Virus genome (UHGV): UHGV-0182515 | Source: a virus | DNA: 42,850 bases | Direction: 5' to 3' (one strand) | Shown: positions 1-8,550 of the stretch, one piece after another | How positions within the stretch are numbered: the stretch's first letter is position 1 | Layout: the number at the start of each line of letters is the position of its first letter | Made by a program: the position numbers and the translations under genes | The notes under the pieces: generated by a model | Database searches by the model: none | Told to the model about the DNA's origin: nothing | What the model saw: the letters and a program-made list of their open reading frames with translations, nothing else

Positions 1-552
1 TATAACATTTTTGATCAACAACTCTTTCCTGTCTTTTATGCAGGTTTATTCGAATCCCACGATGTAGGAACGCGCCTGTATGGTTATCTCAACTCATTCC
101 AGGTGGTACTCGAAGCGCTGTGCATGGCGATTATTCCTTTCTTTGTGAATCGGGTAGGGCCAAAAAATGCATTACTTATCGGTGTTGTGATTATGGCGTT
201 GCGTATCCTTTCCTGCGCGCTATTCGTTAACCCCTGGATTATTTCATTAGTGAAGCTGTTACATGCCATTGAGGTTCCACTTTGTGTCATATCCGTCTTC
301 AAATACAGCGTGGCAAATTTTGATAAGCGCCTGTCGTCGACGATCTTTCTGATTGGTTTTCAAATTGCCAGTTCGTTGGGGATTGTGCTGCTTTCAACGC
401 CGACTGGGATACTCTTTGACCACGCAGGCTACCAGACGGTTTTTTTCGCAATTTCGGGTATTGTCTGCCTGATGTTGCTATTTGGCATTTTCTTCCTGAG
501 TAAAAAACGTGAGCAAATAGTGATGGAAACGCCAGTACCTTCAGCAATATAA
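1..552 (+). CDS. LacY-family sugar:H+ symporter, C-terminal part (5' end lies outside the window); possibly a CscB-type sucrose permease
   Basis: Frame is open from base 1 to the stop at 550-552. The translation is hydrophobic with TM-like segments and aligns with the C-terminal half of LacY-type permeases (GTRLYGY..NRVGPKNALL..FKYSV). The CscB assignment is an inference from the argW-adjacent position. Confidence 0.6.
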   Translation, partial: YNIFDQQLFPVFYAGLFESHDVGTRLYGYLNSFQVVLEALCMAIIPFFVNRVGPKNALLIGVVIMALRILSCALFVNPWIISLVKLLHAIEVPLCVISVFKYSVANFDKRLSSTIFLIGFQIASSLGIVLLSTPTGILFDHAGYQTVFFAISGIVCLMLLFGIFFLSKKREQIVMETPVPSAI

Positions 553-991
553 ACGTAAACTTTTTCCGGTTGTTGTCGATAGCTCTATATCCCTCAACCG
601 GAAAATAATAATACCAAAATGCTTAGCCCTGCTAATAATCGCCTAATCCAAACGCCTCATTCATGTTCTGGTACAGTCGCTCAAATGTACTCCGGATACA
701 CGGCTCGCTGATTTCCAGGGCATTGTCGTAATTCAGCGACCTGTCCCGTGTATCACGGGCCTGCGAATTCATCAAGGAAAGCATTGTGGAGTGAAGTATC
801 AAGTCACGCCATATTTCGCGATCAGGATTGTGTGTGATGGTTACATCGCCCAGCCCAGGGCTGTTTAGTCATCAGCGTTTTCTGACCGTGTTGAGATTTC
901 AACCTGTTGCAGGAAAAATGAGTAGATAGGGCAAATGTGCTGCCAAACTTATCTTTTACGGGGTGAAGGTAGATATCGTTTGAAGGGTATC

Positions 992-1006
992 TGGTGTCCC
1001 CTGCAG
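992..1006. repeat. attR core candidate: 15-bp direct repeat tggtgtcccctgcag identical to the 3' terminal 15 nt of argW
   Basis: Exact 15-bp match to 41244-41258, read directly from the sequence. Lies 73 bp beyond the stop of the excisionase gene. Confidence 0.6.
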
Positions 1007-1079
1007 ACATCTACTTGACGCGGCAGGGGATTGATTAGAATGGTGTTTTTTAGATGTGAGAAATATTTTACCCGCTATT

Positions 1080-1280
1080 TTACCCATTGGCGCGGCTTAA
1101 GAGCTTATTTTTGAATTCACAATGGTCACGATATAACCATCTTGCTCGCCCGTGGATAACTTTGGCTTTTGGCAGGTCGCCGGACTTAATCCGGTCGTAG
1201 ATGAAGGTTTTACCAAAGCCAGTATCGGCCATGATGAATTTCAAATCAACCAGTGAATCAGGCTGTAGTTCGTGTTGCAT
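1080..1280 (-). CDS. torI: Excisionase / recombination directionality factor, TorI/AlpA-like (66 aa)
   Basis: 66-aa protein MQHELQPDSLVDLKFIMADTGFGKTFIYDRIKSGDLPKAKVIHGRARWLYRDHCEFKNKLLSRANG, recognised as TorI/AlpA family; sits at the prophage end opposite the integrase. Confidence 0.75.
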   Translation of the reverse strand: MQHELQPDSLVDLKFIMADTGFGKTFIYDRIKSGDLPKAKVIHGRARWLYRDHCEFKNKLLSRANG

Positions 1281-1299
1281 GAGTGCTATCTCCGAATAG

Positions 1300-1315
1300 G
1301 GAATCGAACCTGCAA
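1300..1315. repeat. Second argW-derived 16-bp segment ggaatcgaacctgcaa (T-arm region of the tRNA), internal to the prophage left arm
   Basis: Exact 16-bp match to 41257-41272, which is the part of argW immediately adjacent to the 15-bp core. Confidence 0.6.
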
Positions 1316-1322
1316 ATCAGGT

Positions 1323-1345
1323 AATAAAAAACCGCATTGATGCGG
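1323..1345 (-). terminator. Rho-independent terminator candidate (minus strand)
   Basis: Inverted repeat ccgca/tgcgg with a 4-nt loop; on the minus strand it is followed by a T-run (complement of aataaaaaa). Confidence 0.4.
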
Positions 1346-1404
1346 CGATGGTAGGTCTGGATATCTTGAGAAATGAACAGGCCTCATCGAGTGTGAGGCT
1401 GTGG

Positions 1405-1749
1405 TTAATCCTTGCGTAACTCGCTAATTCTTCTGTAAGTCTCTGGTGCTTTGTTTCCGTGTATCTTCATTTCAGACTTCAACAGAGCAACGAGGGAATC
1501 CCATTCGTTGAGAATGCCTTTGAATGCCGGAACACGCTTTGCAACCTTGTCGAATGAATCTCTGACTTCTGGAATCTGCTCAACAAGTGCAACGCATCGT
1601 CGGAAATCTGCTGCGTCATGTGGAGCGCCGAAGTGATGACCATAGATATTCTTTTTCAGTCCACATGCGATTGAGGCAAGAGTTGCGCTACTGATGCCAA
1701 CATCGCCAGTCGTTTGCCATTTCAAAATCTTCATAGCCAAATCTGACAT
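1405..1749 (-). CDS. Hypothetical phage early protein
   Basis: ORF with GGAGA Shine-Dalgarno 6 nt upstream of the ATG at 1749; last gene of the leftward early operon. Confidence 0.5.
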   Translation of the reverse strand: MSDLAMKILKWQTTGDVGISSATLASIACGLKKNIYGHHFGAPHDAADFRRCVALVEQIPEVRDSFDKVAKRVPAFKGILNEWDSLVALLKSEMKIHGNKAPETYRRISELRKD

Positions 1750-1761
1750 TTCTTGTCTCCA

Positions 1762-1784
1762 ATAAAAAACCGCCATCAGGCGGC
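1762..1784 (-). terminator. Rho-independent terminator candidate inside the pL operon
   Basis: Stem ccgcc/ggcgg with loop, followed on the minus strand by TTTTTT. Confidence 0.4.
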
Positions 1785-1826
1785 TTGGTGTTCTTTCAGT
1801 TCTTCAATTCGAATATTGGTTACGTC

Positions 1827-2126
1827 TTATTCGATGCGCACTCCTGGTATTTCGCCTTTTGATATTGCGAAGTCATAAATTTGCGCAGCACTATACCCAT
1901 CTCGCATCCATGAATCTAATGCGCGAATAGCCTCGCTACGCTTTTTATCTTCTCTCTCATTTTTGATATCAACGAGGACATCAACGCAATTAAGGCAAAT
2001 GTGGATTTTGTCCTTACATTCGATCATGGCGGCTTTACCATGATTTCCGCCACACAGTGAGCATAAATCTTCAGGGTCTGGCTGGTATTTCTGTAACGTT
2101 AGATGGTTGAATGTTGAACAGGCCAT
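1827..2126 (-). CDS. Hypothetical Cys-rich (zinc-ribbon-like) early protein
   Basis: CSLCGG...C..C..C Cys cluster in the translation; GGAG located 6 nt upstream of the third in-frame ATG. Confidence 0.45.
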   Translation of the reverse strand: MACSTFNHLTLQKYQPDPEDLCSLCGGNHGKAAMIECKDKIHICLNCVDVLVDIKNEREDKKRSEAIRALDSWMRDGYSAAQIYDFAISKGEIPGVRIE

Positions 2127-2197
2127 AATCATCTCCATAAAACAAAACCCGCCGTAGCGAGTTCAGATAAAAGAAATCCCCGCGAGTTCGAGGATTG

Positions 2198-2482
2198 TTA
2201 TTCATTGCCGATATTCACCTTTATCGCGAACACCTTTACCGGTTTATCGCCGAAGTGGGGATGTGTGATTGTCTTGATTTCATATCCGTCATACGGGACG
2301 TCAATTCTGCGGCTGGAATCGTCGCGCTTCGGATATCCCTTTGTGATAATCAGGCGGTCATACTTACGGTTAACGAGGCGCTTATTCCAGTAGTCATTAC
2401 ACAGGCGATACTCTTCCGTTTTCTCCCCGCGAATCATGGCATCGAAGTATTCACCTTTAACGGCAAGTTGCAGGTTAGCCAT
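2198..2482 (-). CDS. ASCH-domain (PUA-like) protein
   Basis: Contains GEKTEEYR, matching the ASCH GxKxxExR signature. Start ATG overlaps the upstream stop (translational coupling). Confidence 0.5.
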   Translation of the reverse strand: MANLQLAVKGEYFDAMIRGEKTEEYRLCNDYWNKRLVNRKYDRLIITKGYPKRDDSSRRIDVPYDGYEIKTITHPHFGDKPVKVFAIKVNIGNE

Positions 2483-2742
2483 TACCTCACCTCCAGTCTC
2501 CATACCGCCTGACCAATCCGGCTGGCATGGGTATCTTTGGATACTGTTCCGTCTTTAGCCAGCTCCATAAGAATTTTGCGCAAATCTGCCGAACGCCATT
2601 CTTCATCAGGAAATTCCTTCTCCATTGCCAACCGCAGATTCCAGGTTGCCATCCTGAATGGATATTCCCCGCCGAGAGCTTTATCTTGCAGGGCAGCCCG
2701 GGAACGCATCACCTGCAAAACCTTCTCTTTTACATCCATCAT
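2482..2742 (-). CDS. Hypothetical phage early protein
   Basis: ORF coupled by ATGA overlap to the upstream DUF551 gene. Confidence 0.4.
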   Translation of the reverse strand: MMDVKEKVLQVMRSRAALQDKALGGEYPFRMATWNLRLAMEKEFPDEEWRSADLRKILMELAKDGTVSKDTHASRIGQAVWRLEVR

Positions 2743-3566
2743 TTTGCCTCCTGCGGCGGTTCTGGTAGCGGCATCCAGTGTGACGGTTTCCACGACGCAC
2801 CAGGAATTATCCAACCATCATTAGCGTCAGGATGCCCCGGTATGTAAGTCGCCCATTTCATTCGCCAGTCACCTTTCCTATCAAACTCCTTGGCAACAAG
2901 AACAGCTGTTTTGCTATCCGGCATTCGCTCACTACAGCTTATCCAACCATCCGGAGTTACCGGATAGTTGACAGCCAGTCTGCGCAAAACAGCCTTAACA
3001 CCCTCAATACGGTCATCATCACAATTTTCCAGCGTATCTATGCGGTCGAGCATGATGATGGCGTTATCAATATCAGGATTGCCAGTCCACTCATTGCCGC
3101 GTACTGGTTGATTCTCGGCTTTACCCAGTCTGTCGTCGCTGCATGAACGCCCTTCCAGCCAGGCCAATGCTTGTCGCATGAAATACGCAATATGTTTGCC
3201 GTGGTAATCGTCTTCATCTATGTGAAAAGCGATACTGCGAATGTATTCAATTGCATTTTCAATAGCCTCCAACGCTATCGGCGCTGGCGGCACAGCGAAT
3301 AGATATCCGCCAAAATCAGGAAGCTCTCCAATGGCCTGTACGAACTTTTGTTTGCCTACGTCAATTCCTAATGGGTAGTGAGCTATAATCTTTGCCACTG
3401 GCTCTGCTTCCAGCGATGCCAGCGTAATTTCAGCCAGCTTGAGGTGAATAACCGCCGCATCATAAGCGCCTGGGACTCTTTCCACCGCAACGCGAAGAAC
3501 CTCAATATTCTTCTTAGCCTGCTCAATCAACTGCTCTTTGGTGAACTCTTTGGTAATCGTGATCAT
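2739..3566 (-). CDS. DUF551-domain protein (275 aa)
   Basis: C-terminal W/P-rich segment ...SHWMPLPEPP typical of DUF551 proteins found in lambdoid early regions. Confidence 0.5.
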   Translation of the reverse strand: MITITKEFTKEQLIEQAKKNIEVLRVAVERVPGAYDAAVIHLKLAEITLASLEAEPVAKIIAHYPLGIDVGKQKFVQAIGELPDFGGYLFAVPPAPIALEAIENAIEYIRSIAFHIDEDDYHGKHIAYFMRQALAWLEGRSCSDDRLGKAENQPVRGNEWTGNPDIDNAIIMLDRIDTLENCDDDRIEGVKAVLRRLAVNYPVTPDGWISCSERMPDSKTAVLVAKEFDRKGDWRMKWATYIPGHPDANDGWIIPGASWKPSHWMPLPEPPQEAK

Positions 3567-4078
3567 GCCGCGTTTCCTTCTTTCTTATTAACAATTACAC
3601 CGTCATATATTTCATTAAGGTGCCCTCTCAACTCCATGCGCCTTAATGCAGATAACATGTAATCGCATTCAACCTGCTTATTTCCAGTAAATGGCTTATC
3701 GTCAGGATTACCCCAACAGCAATTACCCTTGGGCCACCCATGTACTTTCCGTACTCTTCCGTTAACAACGTGAAGTAATCCCCAGCCGGGAGGTAAATCC
3801 TCAATTGAAATAATTCCCGGCTCACTAATAAAGAATCGCCAGTCGCCCATTCCAAAAGACGGATTTTTACGGAAACGCTTTTTTCTATCTGCCAACAAGT
3901 CAGCACGAGAACACTTCGCCTCTATCAGGCATGATGCTGAATTTCTGAATCCCATAGCATCTGGCTGTTCTCCGGTACTGGTTACAGCTATAAAGCGGTC
4001 ATGAAAATAAACCTTGAACCCGTTGCGCTTAAGGAACTTGTACGCAATCTGACAGAGTTCGCTGTGTGTTAACGCCAT
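3563..4078 (-). CDS. Putative PD-(D/E)xK-fold nuclease-like protein
   Basis: Motif ..QPDAMGF..(13 aa)..LIEAK fits a PD-x(n)-ExK core; the family assignment is an inference from that motif only. Confidence 0.35.
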   Translation of the reverse strand: MALTHSELCQIAYKFLKRNGFKVYFHDRFIAVTSTGEQPDAMGFRNSASCLIEAKCSRADLLADRKKRFRKNPSFGMGDWRFFISEPGIISIEDLPPGWGLLHVVNGRVRKVHGWPKGNCCWGNPDDKPFTGNKQVECDYMLSALRRMELRGHLNEIYDGVIVNKKEGNAA

Positions 4079-4079
4079 A

Positions 4080-4487
4080 TCACTCTCCTTTGATGCGAAT
4101 GCCAGTAGCGCGGATTGCATCGATGACTTCAGAAACTTTGTATGCCATTACCGTTTGGTAATCATCGTGAAAATCTGTTCGATGAAGCATGCTGCTACGT
4201 TCCGGGAGCGATATTTCCCGCGCTTCCAGTTCTGCAATGCGCTTTTTTGCTGCTTCCAGTTCATCCAGTAATTCCAGCACGGTAGCCGGATTAGCCTTGG
4301 CAACAAAATCCCGGACTGGCTTACAATCAATCTCCGCAATGGGTTGATACGATGTGTAGCCATGCTGTCTTGTATAACTACCGTGACGAATAACGAAAAA
4401 ATCACCATTTATTTTTTTAGCCTGCCACTTATCTTCACCGGCTTTCTCTGCCGCTTCACGCAGTGCCTGATAGTCAATCTTGCTCAC
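4080..4487 (-). CDS. Hypothetical coiled-coil protein; probable GTG start
   Basis: AAGGAGG Shine-Dalgarno lies 6 nt upstream of a GTG at 4487-4485; the longer ATG-initiated ORF (to 4679) would overlap the Lar-like gene by about 200 bp. Confidence 0.45.
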   Translation of the reverse strand: MSKIDYQALREAAEKAGEDKWQAKKINGDFFVIRHGSYTRQHGYTSYQPIAEIDCKPVRDFVAKANPATVLELLDELEAAKKRIAELEAREISLPERSSMLHRTDFHDDYQTVMAYKVSEVIDAIRATGIRIKGE

Positions 4488-4707
4488 TGGTTGCCTCCTT
4501 TGCTCGCTGATTCCACTCTGCTCTAACCTCTGAATAAAAAATCGCGCAGTCATTTCCAGGCGCTGCATATTTGCTACCAGATTGAGCGCGACACGTACCG
4601 CATCGAACGAAATAGAATCGACCGCCAGAGCCATATTCAGGGTGATCTGCTTCGCTGGCAACGTGCGCTGCACCGCCACAGAATGGACATGGTAGTAGGT
4701 TGCTCAT
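4474..4707 (-). CDS. Lar-family restriction alleviation protein
   Basis: [12 protein letters not shown]....CGTC zinc-ribbon pattern characteristic of Lar-like proteins of lambdoid prophages. Confidence 0.55.
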   Translation of the reverse strand: MSNLLPCPFCGGAAHVASEADHPEYGSGGRFYFVRCGTCRAQSGSKYAAPGNDCAIFYSEVRAEWNQRAKEATSEQD

Positions 4708-5141
4708 GAATGCACTCCCTTGTGAAGCTGTTCCGCACAATGCAGCAGGGCGTCAGTCGCCTCTTTCACCGTAACGCAGTCGCCATCGTCCAGCCCGGAC
4801 ACCGACGCGTGCTTAACGAACGCCGCGCAAAGGTCATCAAACGCCTTAGCCCGGACTTCAGTCAGGAAAGCATCGGTGGCCGGGGTTTTGCAGGACATTT
4901 GAATTGCCTTCTCTGTGTATAAAACACCCGTTCGATTGGCGGTATACATGATGGTGTTTACAGCATCTTGATGTGCTGATTTCACAGCCTCAACTTCAGC
5001 AGCCAGCGCCGCGCACTTGGCCTCCGCTTCAGCAAATTTACGCACCAGATATTCAGCGTTTGTTTCGTTAACCTTTAAATCTCGTGGGATGCATTTACCT
5101 TTCAGAAAACCATCCATCTCAATTAGTGACATTTGTTTCAT
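4704..5141 (-). CDS. Hypothetical phage early protein
   Basis: ORF in the early operon; ATGA overlap with the upstream small gene. Confidence 0.4.
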   Translation of the reverse strand: MKQMSLIEMDGFLKGKCIPRDLKVNETNAEYLVRKFAEAEAKCAALAAEVEAVKSAHQDAVNTIMYTANRTGVLYTEKAIQMSCKTPATDAFLTEVRAKAFDDLCAAFVKHASVSGLDDGDCVTVKEATDALLHCAEQLHKGVHS

Positions 5142-5302
5142 TTTTTCCCACTCCGCCACATCGCATTCAGATATTTGTTTTGATTCACTGATGGAAAAGA
5201 ATTTCTCTTAAGCAATTCCTCTCTCGATGGCATTGGCTTTACGCGTTGGCGAATAATCATTTCTGCCGGAAGAATGCCGGGATTGTATGCAAGTCCTCTC
5301 AT
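5138..5302 (-). CDS. Small hypothetical protein (about 54 aa)
   Basis: Short ORF filling the gap; the start was chosen to avoid overlap with the upstream gene. Confidence 0.25.
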   Translation of the reverse strand: MRGLAYNPGILPAEMIIRQRVKPMPSREELLKRNSFPSVNQNKYLNAMWRSGKK

Positions 5303-5312
5303 GGTAAATTCC

Positions 5313-5606
5313 TCAGTCATTACTGATAGCGCCATAGCGTGAGCGGTAATTACGCAGGCGCGGGTCAATTTCAGGGAAGTGGGTATATGTGGCTTTGCGG
5401 AATGGTCGGATTGATGTCTGGTAAATTCGCTCGCGTTCTTCTTTCTCTGCAAGCCATATACAATGGCGAAATTCCTTTTCCTCTTTCGTTTCCTGCGGTA
5501 GCGACATTATCCGGTCGTAGTTTTTCCTGAATTTATCCAGCACCTCCGATACGGAATTGCCGGAACAGCGGCGCGCGTCATCCGCACCATACAGAGGCGC
5601 TGGCAT
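5313..5606 (-). CDS. Hypothetical phage early protein (97 aa)
   Basis: ORF in the early operon; no recognisable domain. Confidence 0.4.
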   Translation of the reverse strand: MPAPLYGADDARRCSGNSVSEVLDKFRKNYDRIMSLPQETKEEKEFRHCIWLAEKEERERIYQTSIRPFRKATYTHFPEIDPRLRNYRSRYGAISND

Positions 5607-5622
5607 GGTTTTCTCCTGTTGA

Positions 5623-6171
5623 TTATTTAGCTAACTTTTTCCAGATCGCTGAAACGTATTTGGCTTGGTGAATGGCATCATCAAGAGCGTTGTGGCGAGT
5701 TCCTTTGAATGGCATATCTCGCTTAGGGTCGAATCCTATTACCTTTCCAAGCTCGACGATTGTTCTTACGTCGCGGTCATTCCACCACTGCCACGGAACT
5801 GGCTGCCCTGTCAGCGAATAACTGTTTCGGAGAATAACGCAGTCAAATGATGCTCCATTCCCCCAAACCTGAACGAATTTGTGGTTAGCGTTCTTTATGA
5901 TGAATTCAGATAACCATGAAAGAGCCGTTGAAAGCTCCTGAGTGTTGCTGGTTAGCGATTTTCTGGCTTCTTCACTCTGTTCCATCCACCATAAAATCGT
6001 TGAAGCGTCAGGACGCGCTCGATATCGCATTGATGACTCAAGCGAGATATTTACCGAGAACTCTTCTCCTGTTTCTCCGGTATTCGGGTCAAAGAATACC
6101 GCCCCAATAGAAATAACTGGCGCGTATGGCCCGTTGCCTATTGTTTCAAGGTCAACCATCAAGTGATTCAT
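5623..6171 (-). CDS. DEDDh-family 3'-5' exonuclease
   Basis: MVDLETIG (Asp/Glu motif I) and H.ALDDA (motif III with His) are present in the translation. Confidence 0.65.
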   Translation of the reverse strand: MNHLMVDLETIGNGPYAPVISIGAVFFDPNTGETGEEFSVNISLESSMRYRARPDASTILWWMEQSEEARKSLTSNTQELSTALSWLSEFIIKNANHKFVQVWGNGASFDCVILRNSYSLTGQPVPWQWWNDRDVRTIVELGKVIGFDPKRDMPFKGTRHNALDDAIHQAKYVSAIWKKLAK

Positions 6172-6179
6172 GTAAGTCC

Positions 6180-6695
6180 TTAAATTGCGTGAATAGCGTG
6201 ACGAGGGAAAGGGAGAGTTACTGGTGCAAAGGGGATATCGTCGTCAAAATCCATAGGTGGTTCGCTGTGATTTCCCTGCTGCTGAGGTTGCTGTCTTTGT
6301 TGCTGACCATTATTTCGCTGAGGTGAAGACTGTTCATTGCCTCCTTGCTTGCCACCAAGCATTTGCATGGTTCCACCAACTCCCACGATGACTTCGGTAG
6401 TGAACCGATCCTGTCCGCTTTGATCCTGCCATTTTCTTGTCCGCAATTTGCCTTCAAGATAAACCTCAGAGCCTTTTCGCAGATATTCGCTGGCAATTTC
6501 TGCCAGTTTCCCGCTCATTACCACGCGGTGCCACTCCGTCTGCTCCTTTTGCTCTCCAGTTTTCTTATCACGCCATTGTTCTGACGTAGCAACGGTAAGG
6601 TTTGCAAATGCCGTTCCTGATGGTGAATATCTGATTTCTGGATCATGCCCAAGGCGACCAATAATGATCACCTTATTTACGCCTCTGCTTGCCAT
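6180..6695 (-). CDS. ssb: Single-stranded DNA-binding protein (phage SSB) with a C-terminal extension
   Basis: N-terminal OB-fold region [16 protein letters not shown].., Gly/Gln-rich linker, and the acidic MDFDDDIPF motif followed by 15 additional residues before the stop. Confidence 0.85.
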   Translation of the reverse strand: MASRGVNKVIIIGRLGHDPEIRYSPSGTAFANLTVATSEQWRDKKTGEQKEQTEWHRVVMSGKLAEIASEYLRKGSEVYLEGKLRTRKWQDQSGQDRFTTEVIVGVGGTMQMLGGKQGGNEQSSPQRNNGQQQRQQPQQQGNHSEPPMDFDDDIPFAPVTLPFPRHAIHAI

Positions 6696-7403
6696 TTATG
6701 CCGCCTGTTTTAGTTCGTTAACTCTGATGTTCATTACCTGAACGCATTTAGCCTGCGCCTCCTCGTTGCCAGCCATTAATTGCCAGTCACGCTGATAACG
6801 CTCGATGAGTTTTTTCTTGTCAGTTTCTGTCGCTGCATAATCGCTGAAGTCTTTCAGGATTTGTTCGCAGTCAACCGATGGAGATTTCTGGTTGGTATTT
6901 TCTGGTGATGGTTTGTTATCTGATGCTGGGATTGCCCATCCCGGAAGTGATGGAGGGAGCCAGTAAAATCCTGTTCCATCCTTCAGTTTTGCCCTGTGCC
7001 ACCCCTGCTTTTTATCGAGAGATGTTTGTGCGAAACCTTCCTCAAGGTTATACAGATACCTACCGATTCCCCACTGAACGGCAGCGCGCTTCATTGCACC
7101 GGAACGACCACCTTTGACGGCTTCTACCTGCGTGTTTTCAGCAGCATCCCATTTGGTTACCCATTCGGAATCAATCTTTATTGATATGCCGCATTCAACG
7201 CCGCCGTTGTTGGGAATATCGCGGTATTCATTGCGCCATCCTGCTTTGCCGCAAACATCGTCCAGGCGTTTCATGATTGCCCTGTTCGTGACATAAGCCA
7301 GCACCATAGCCCACACCTTTCCATCGCGTGTTTTACCGCTTTGCTGTATTCGCCATTCGATATCTTCAGGGCTGAATGGCTCATCGAATTTGTTCAAATC
7401 CAT
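6696..7403 (-). CDS. Rad52-like single-strand annealing protein
   Basis: Sits where a recombinase is expected next to ssb; the N-terminal region shows the Rad52/Sak-like pattern (..AYVTNRAIMKRLDDVCGKAGWRNEY..). Confidence 0.5.
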   Translation of the reverse strand: MDLNKFDEPFSPEDIEWRIQQSGKTRDGKVWAMVLAYVTNRAIMKRLDDVCGKAGWRNEYRDIPNNGGVECGISIKIDSEWVTKWDAAENTQVEAVKGGRSGAMKRAAVQWGIGRYLYNLEEGFAQTSLDKKQGWHRAKLKDGTGFYWLPPSLPGWAIPASDNKPSPENTNQKSPSVDCEQILKDFSDYAATETDKKKLIERYQRDWQLMAGNEEAQAKCVQVMNIRVNELKQAA

Positions 7404-7502
7404 AATTCACCTCAGAATGGACACGGCCCAAGGAAATAACGCTGATTTAATACTTCGACTCGGGACAAATTAAGGCATACCCGCATTCCTTCGCGGTCGC
7501 CA

Positions 7503-7661
7503 TTATGGCGATACCAGAGAGCTTTCTGCGTGTACATGCGCCTCTGTAACTTGCTCTCCTTCACTGTGGTTGCAAGTGACATGAATATCTCCTTCGTTAC
7601 CGATTAATTCTTTCATCTGACGAATGAATTCTTCGTCTGAACAGTTATCTGTAAAACTCAT
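7503..7661 (-). CDS. Small hypothetical protein in the kil position
   Basis: ATGA overlap with the cIII stop; Cys- and His-containing acidic peptide. Confidence 0.35.
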   Translation of the reverse strand: MSFTDNCSDEEFIRQMKELIGNEGDIHVTCNHSEGEQVTEAHVHAESSLVSP

Positions 7662-7828
7662 GGACGGCCTTGTTGTTTCAAAATATCCCAAATCTTTTCG
7701 AGCAAACTTTTCATTCTTGGTTGTTTAAAGTCTGCTCCGGTTAAAATATTTTTTCGTGAATGCTGTACCGATAAAATCGGGTTGAAAGGGCGAACCGATG
7801 CCGCCCCTGCAATAGCGAACTGTTGCAT
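7658..7828 (-). CDS. cIII: CIII-like FtsH inhibitor
   Basis: MQQFAIAG...LLEKIWDILKQQGRP resembles lambda CIII (MQYAIAG...LIDILNQPG); AAGGAG lies 6 nt upstream of the ATG. Confidence 0.7.
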   Translation of the reverse strand: MQQFAIAGAASVRPFNPILSVQHSRKNILTGADFKQPRMKSLLEKIWDILKQQGRP

Positions 7829-8013
7829 AGGATGCTCCTTCTGTTTGATTGCATAACGAAAACGCCTCGAGTGAAGCGTTATTGGTATGCATATAAAAAG
7901 GCCCTCACACTGGAGGGCAAAGAAGATTTCCAATAATCAGAACAAGTCGGCTCCTGTTTAGTTACGAGCGACATTGCTCCGTGTATTCACTCGTTGGAAT
8001 GAATACACAGTGC

Positions 8014-8202
8014 TTATTCGTCATGCATTTCAGGTAATTCTTCGTATTCGACGCCCCATACGAGTTTACACCAAGTGACTCGCTCATATCTTTTACAAAA
8101 ATCAGACCACATAACTTGTGTTCCATCATGGTTTGTTATTACTTCTGTAATATCACCAACACTAACAAAACTGGTATTAGAAGCAGTTATTTTTACTTTC
8201 AT
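8014..8202 (-). CDS. Hypothetical protein
   Basis: ORF between cIII and N; no recognisable domain. Confidence 0.35.
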   Translation of the reverse strand: MKVKITASNTSFVSVGDITEVITNHDGTQVMWSDFCKRYERVTWCKLVWGVEYEELPEMHDE

Positions 8203-8498
8203 TACTTATCCCCAAGAGCTTTTCTTATTGCTGCGAGACCTTTATTAACAGCTCCATACCATTCTGGATATGTTGTCGTTGTTCTATTTTTGGTTTGCTT
8301 AAGTAATAACTGAAGTGCTTCGAGAAGGTCAGGTGCTGCCGCTATTAGATTGGCATCTTCAATGCATTGAACTTCCTCACAGATTGCAATATACGAACGC
8401 CAGCCTGCGCCATTTTCAAGTGAGTCTGCCTGGATGATTTTAATCTCATCGCCATCCATCATTATTTCCCACTTACCTTCAGTACCTTTAAATTCCAT
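8202..8498 (-). CDS. Hypothetical protein
   Basis: ORF between cIII and N; no recognisable domain. Confidence 0.4.
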   Translation of the reverse strand: MEFKGTEGKWEIMMDGDEIKIIQADSLENGAGWRSYIAICEEVQCIEDANLIAAAPDLLEALQLLLKQTKNRTTTTYPEWYGAVNKGLAAIRKALGDK

Positions 8499-8550
8499 GT
8501 TAGCCTCTGTTGTTTATGCCAAAAATAAAGGCCGACTATGCGGCCATCAC

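Noticed and set aside
822-1010. 62-aa ORF on the minus strand at the left junction
   Set aside because: No RBS, spans the att core repeat, in junction DNA; most likely non-coding.
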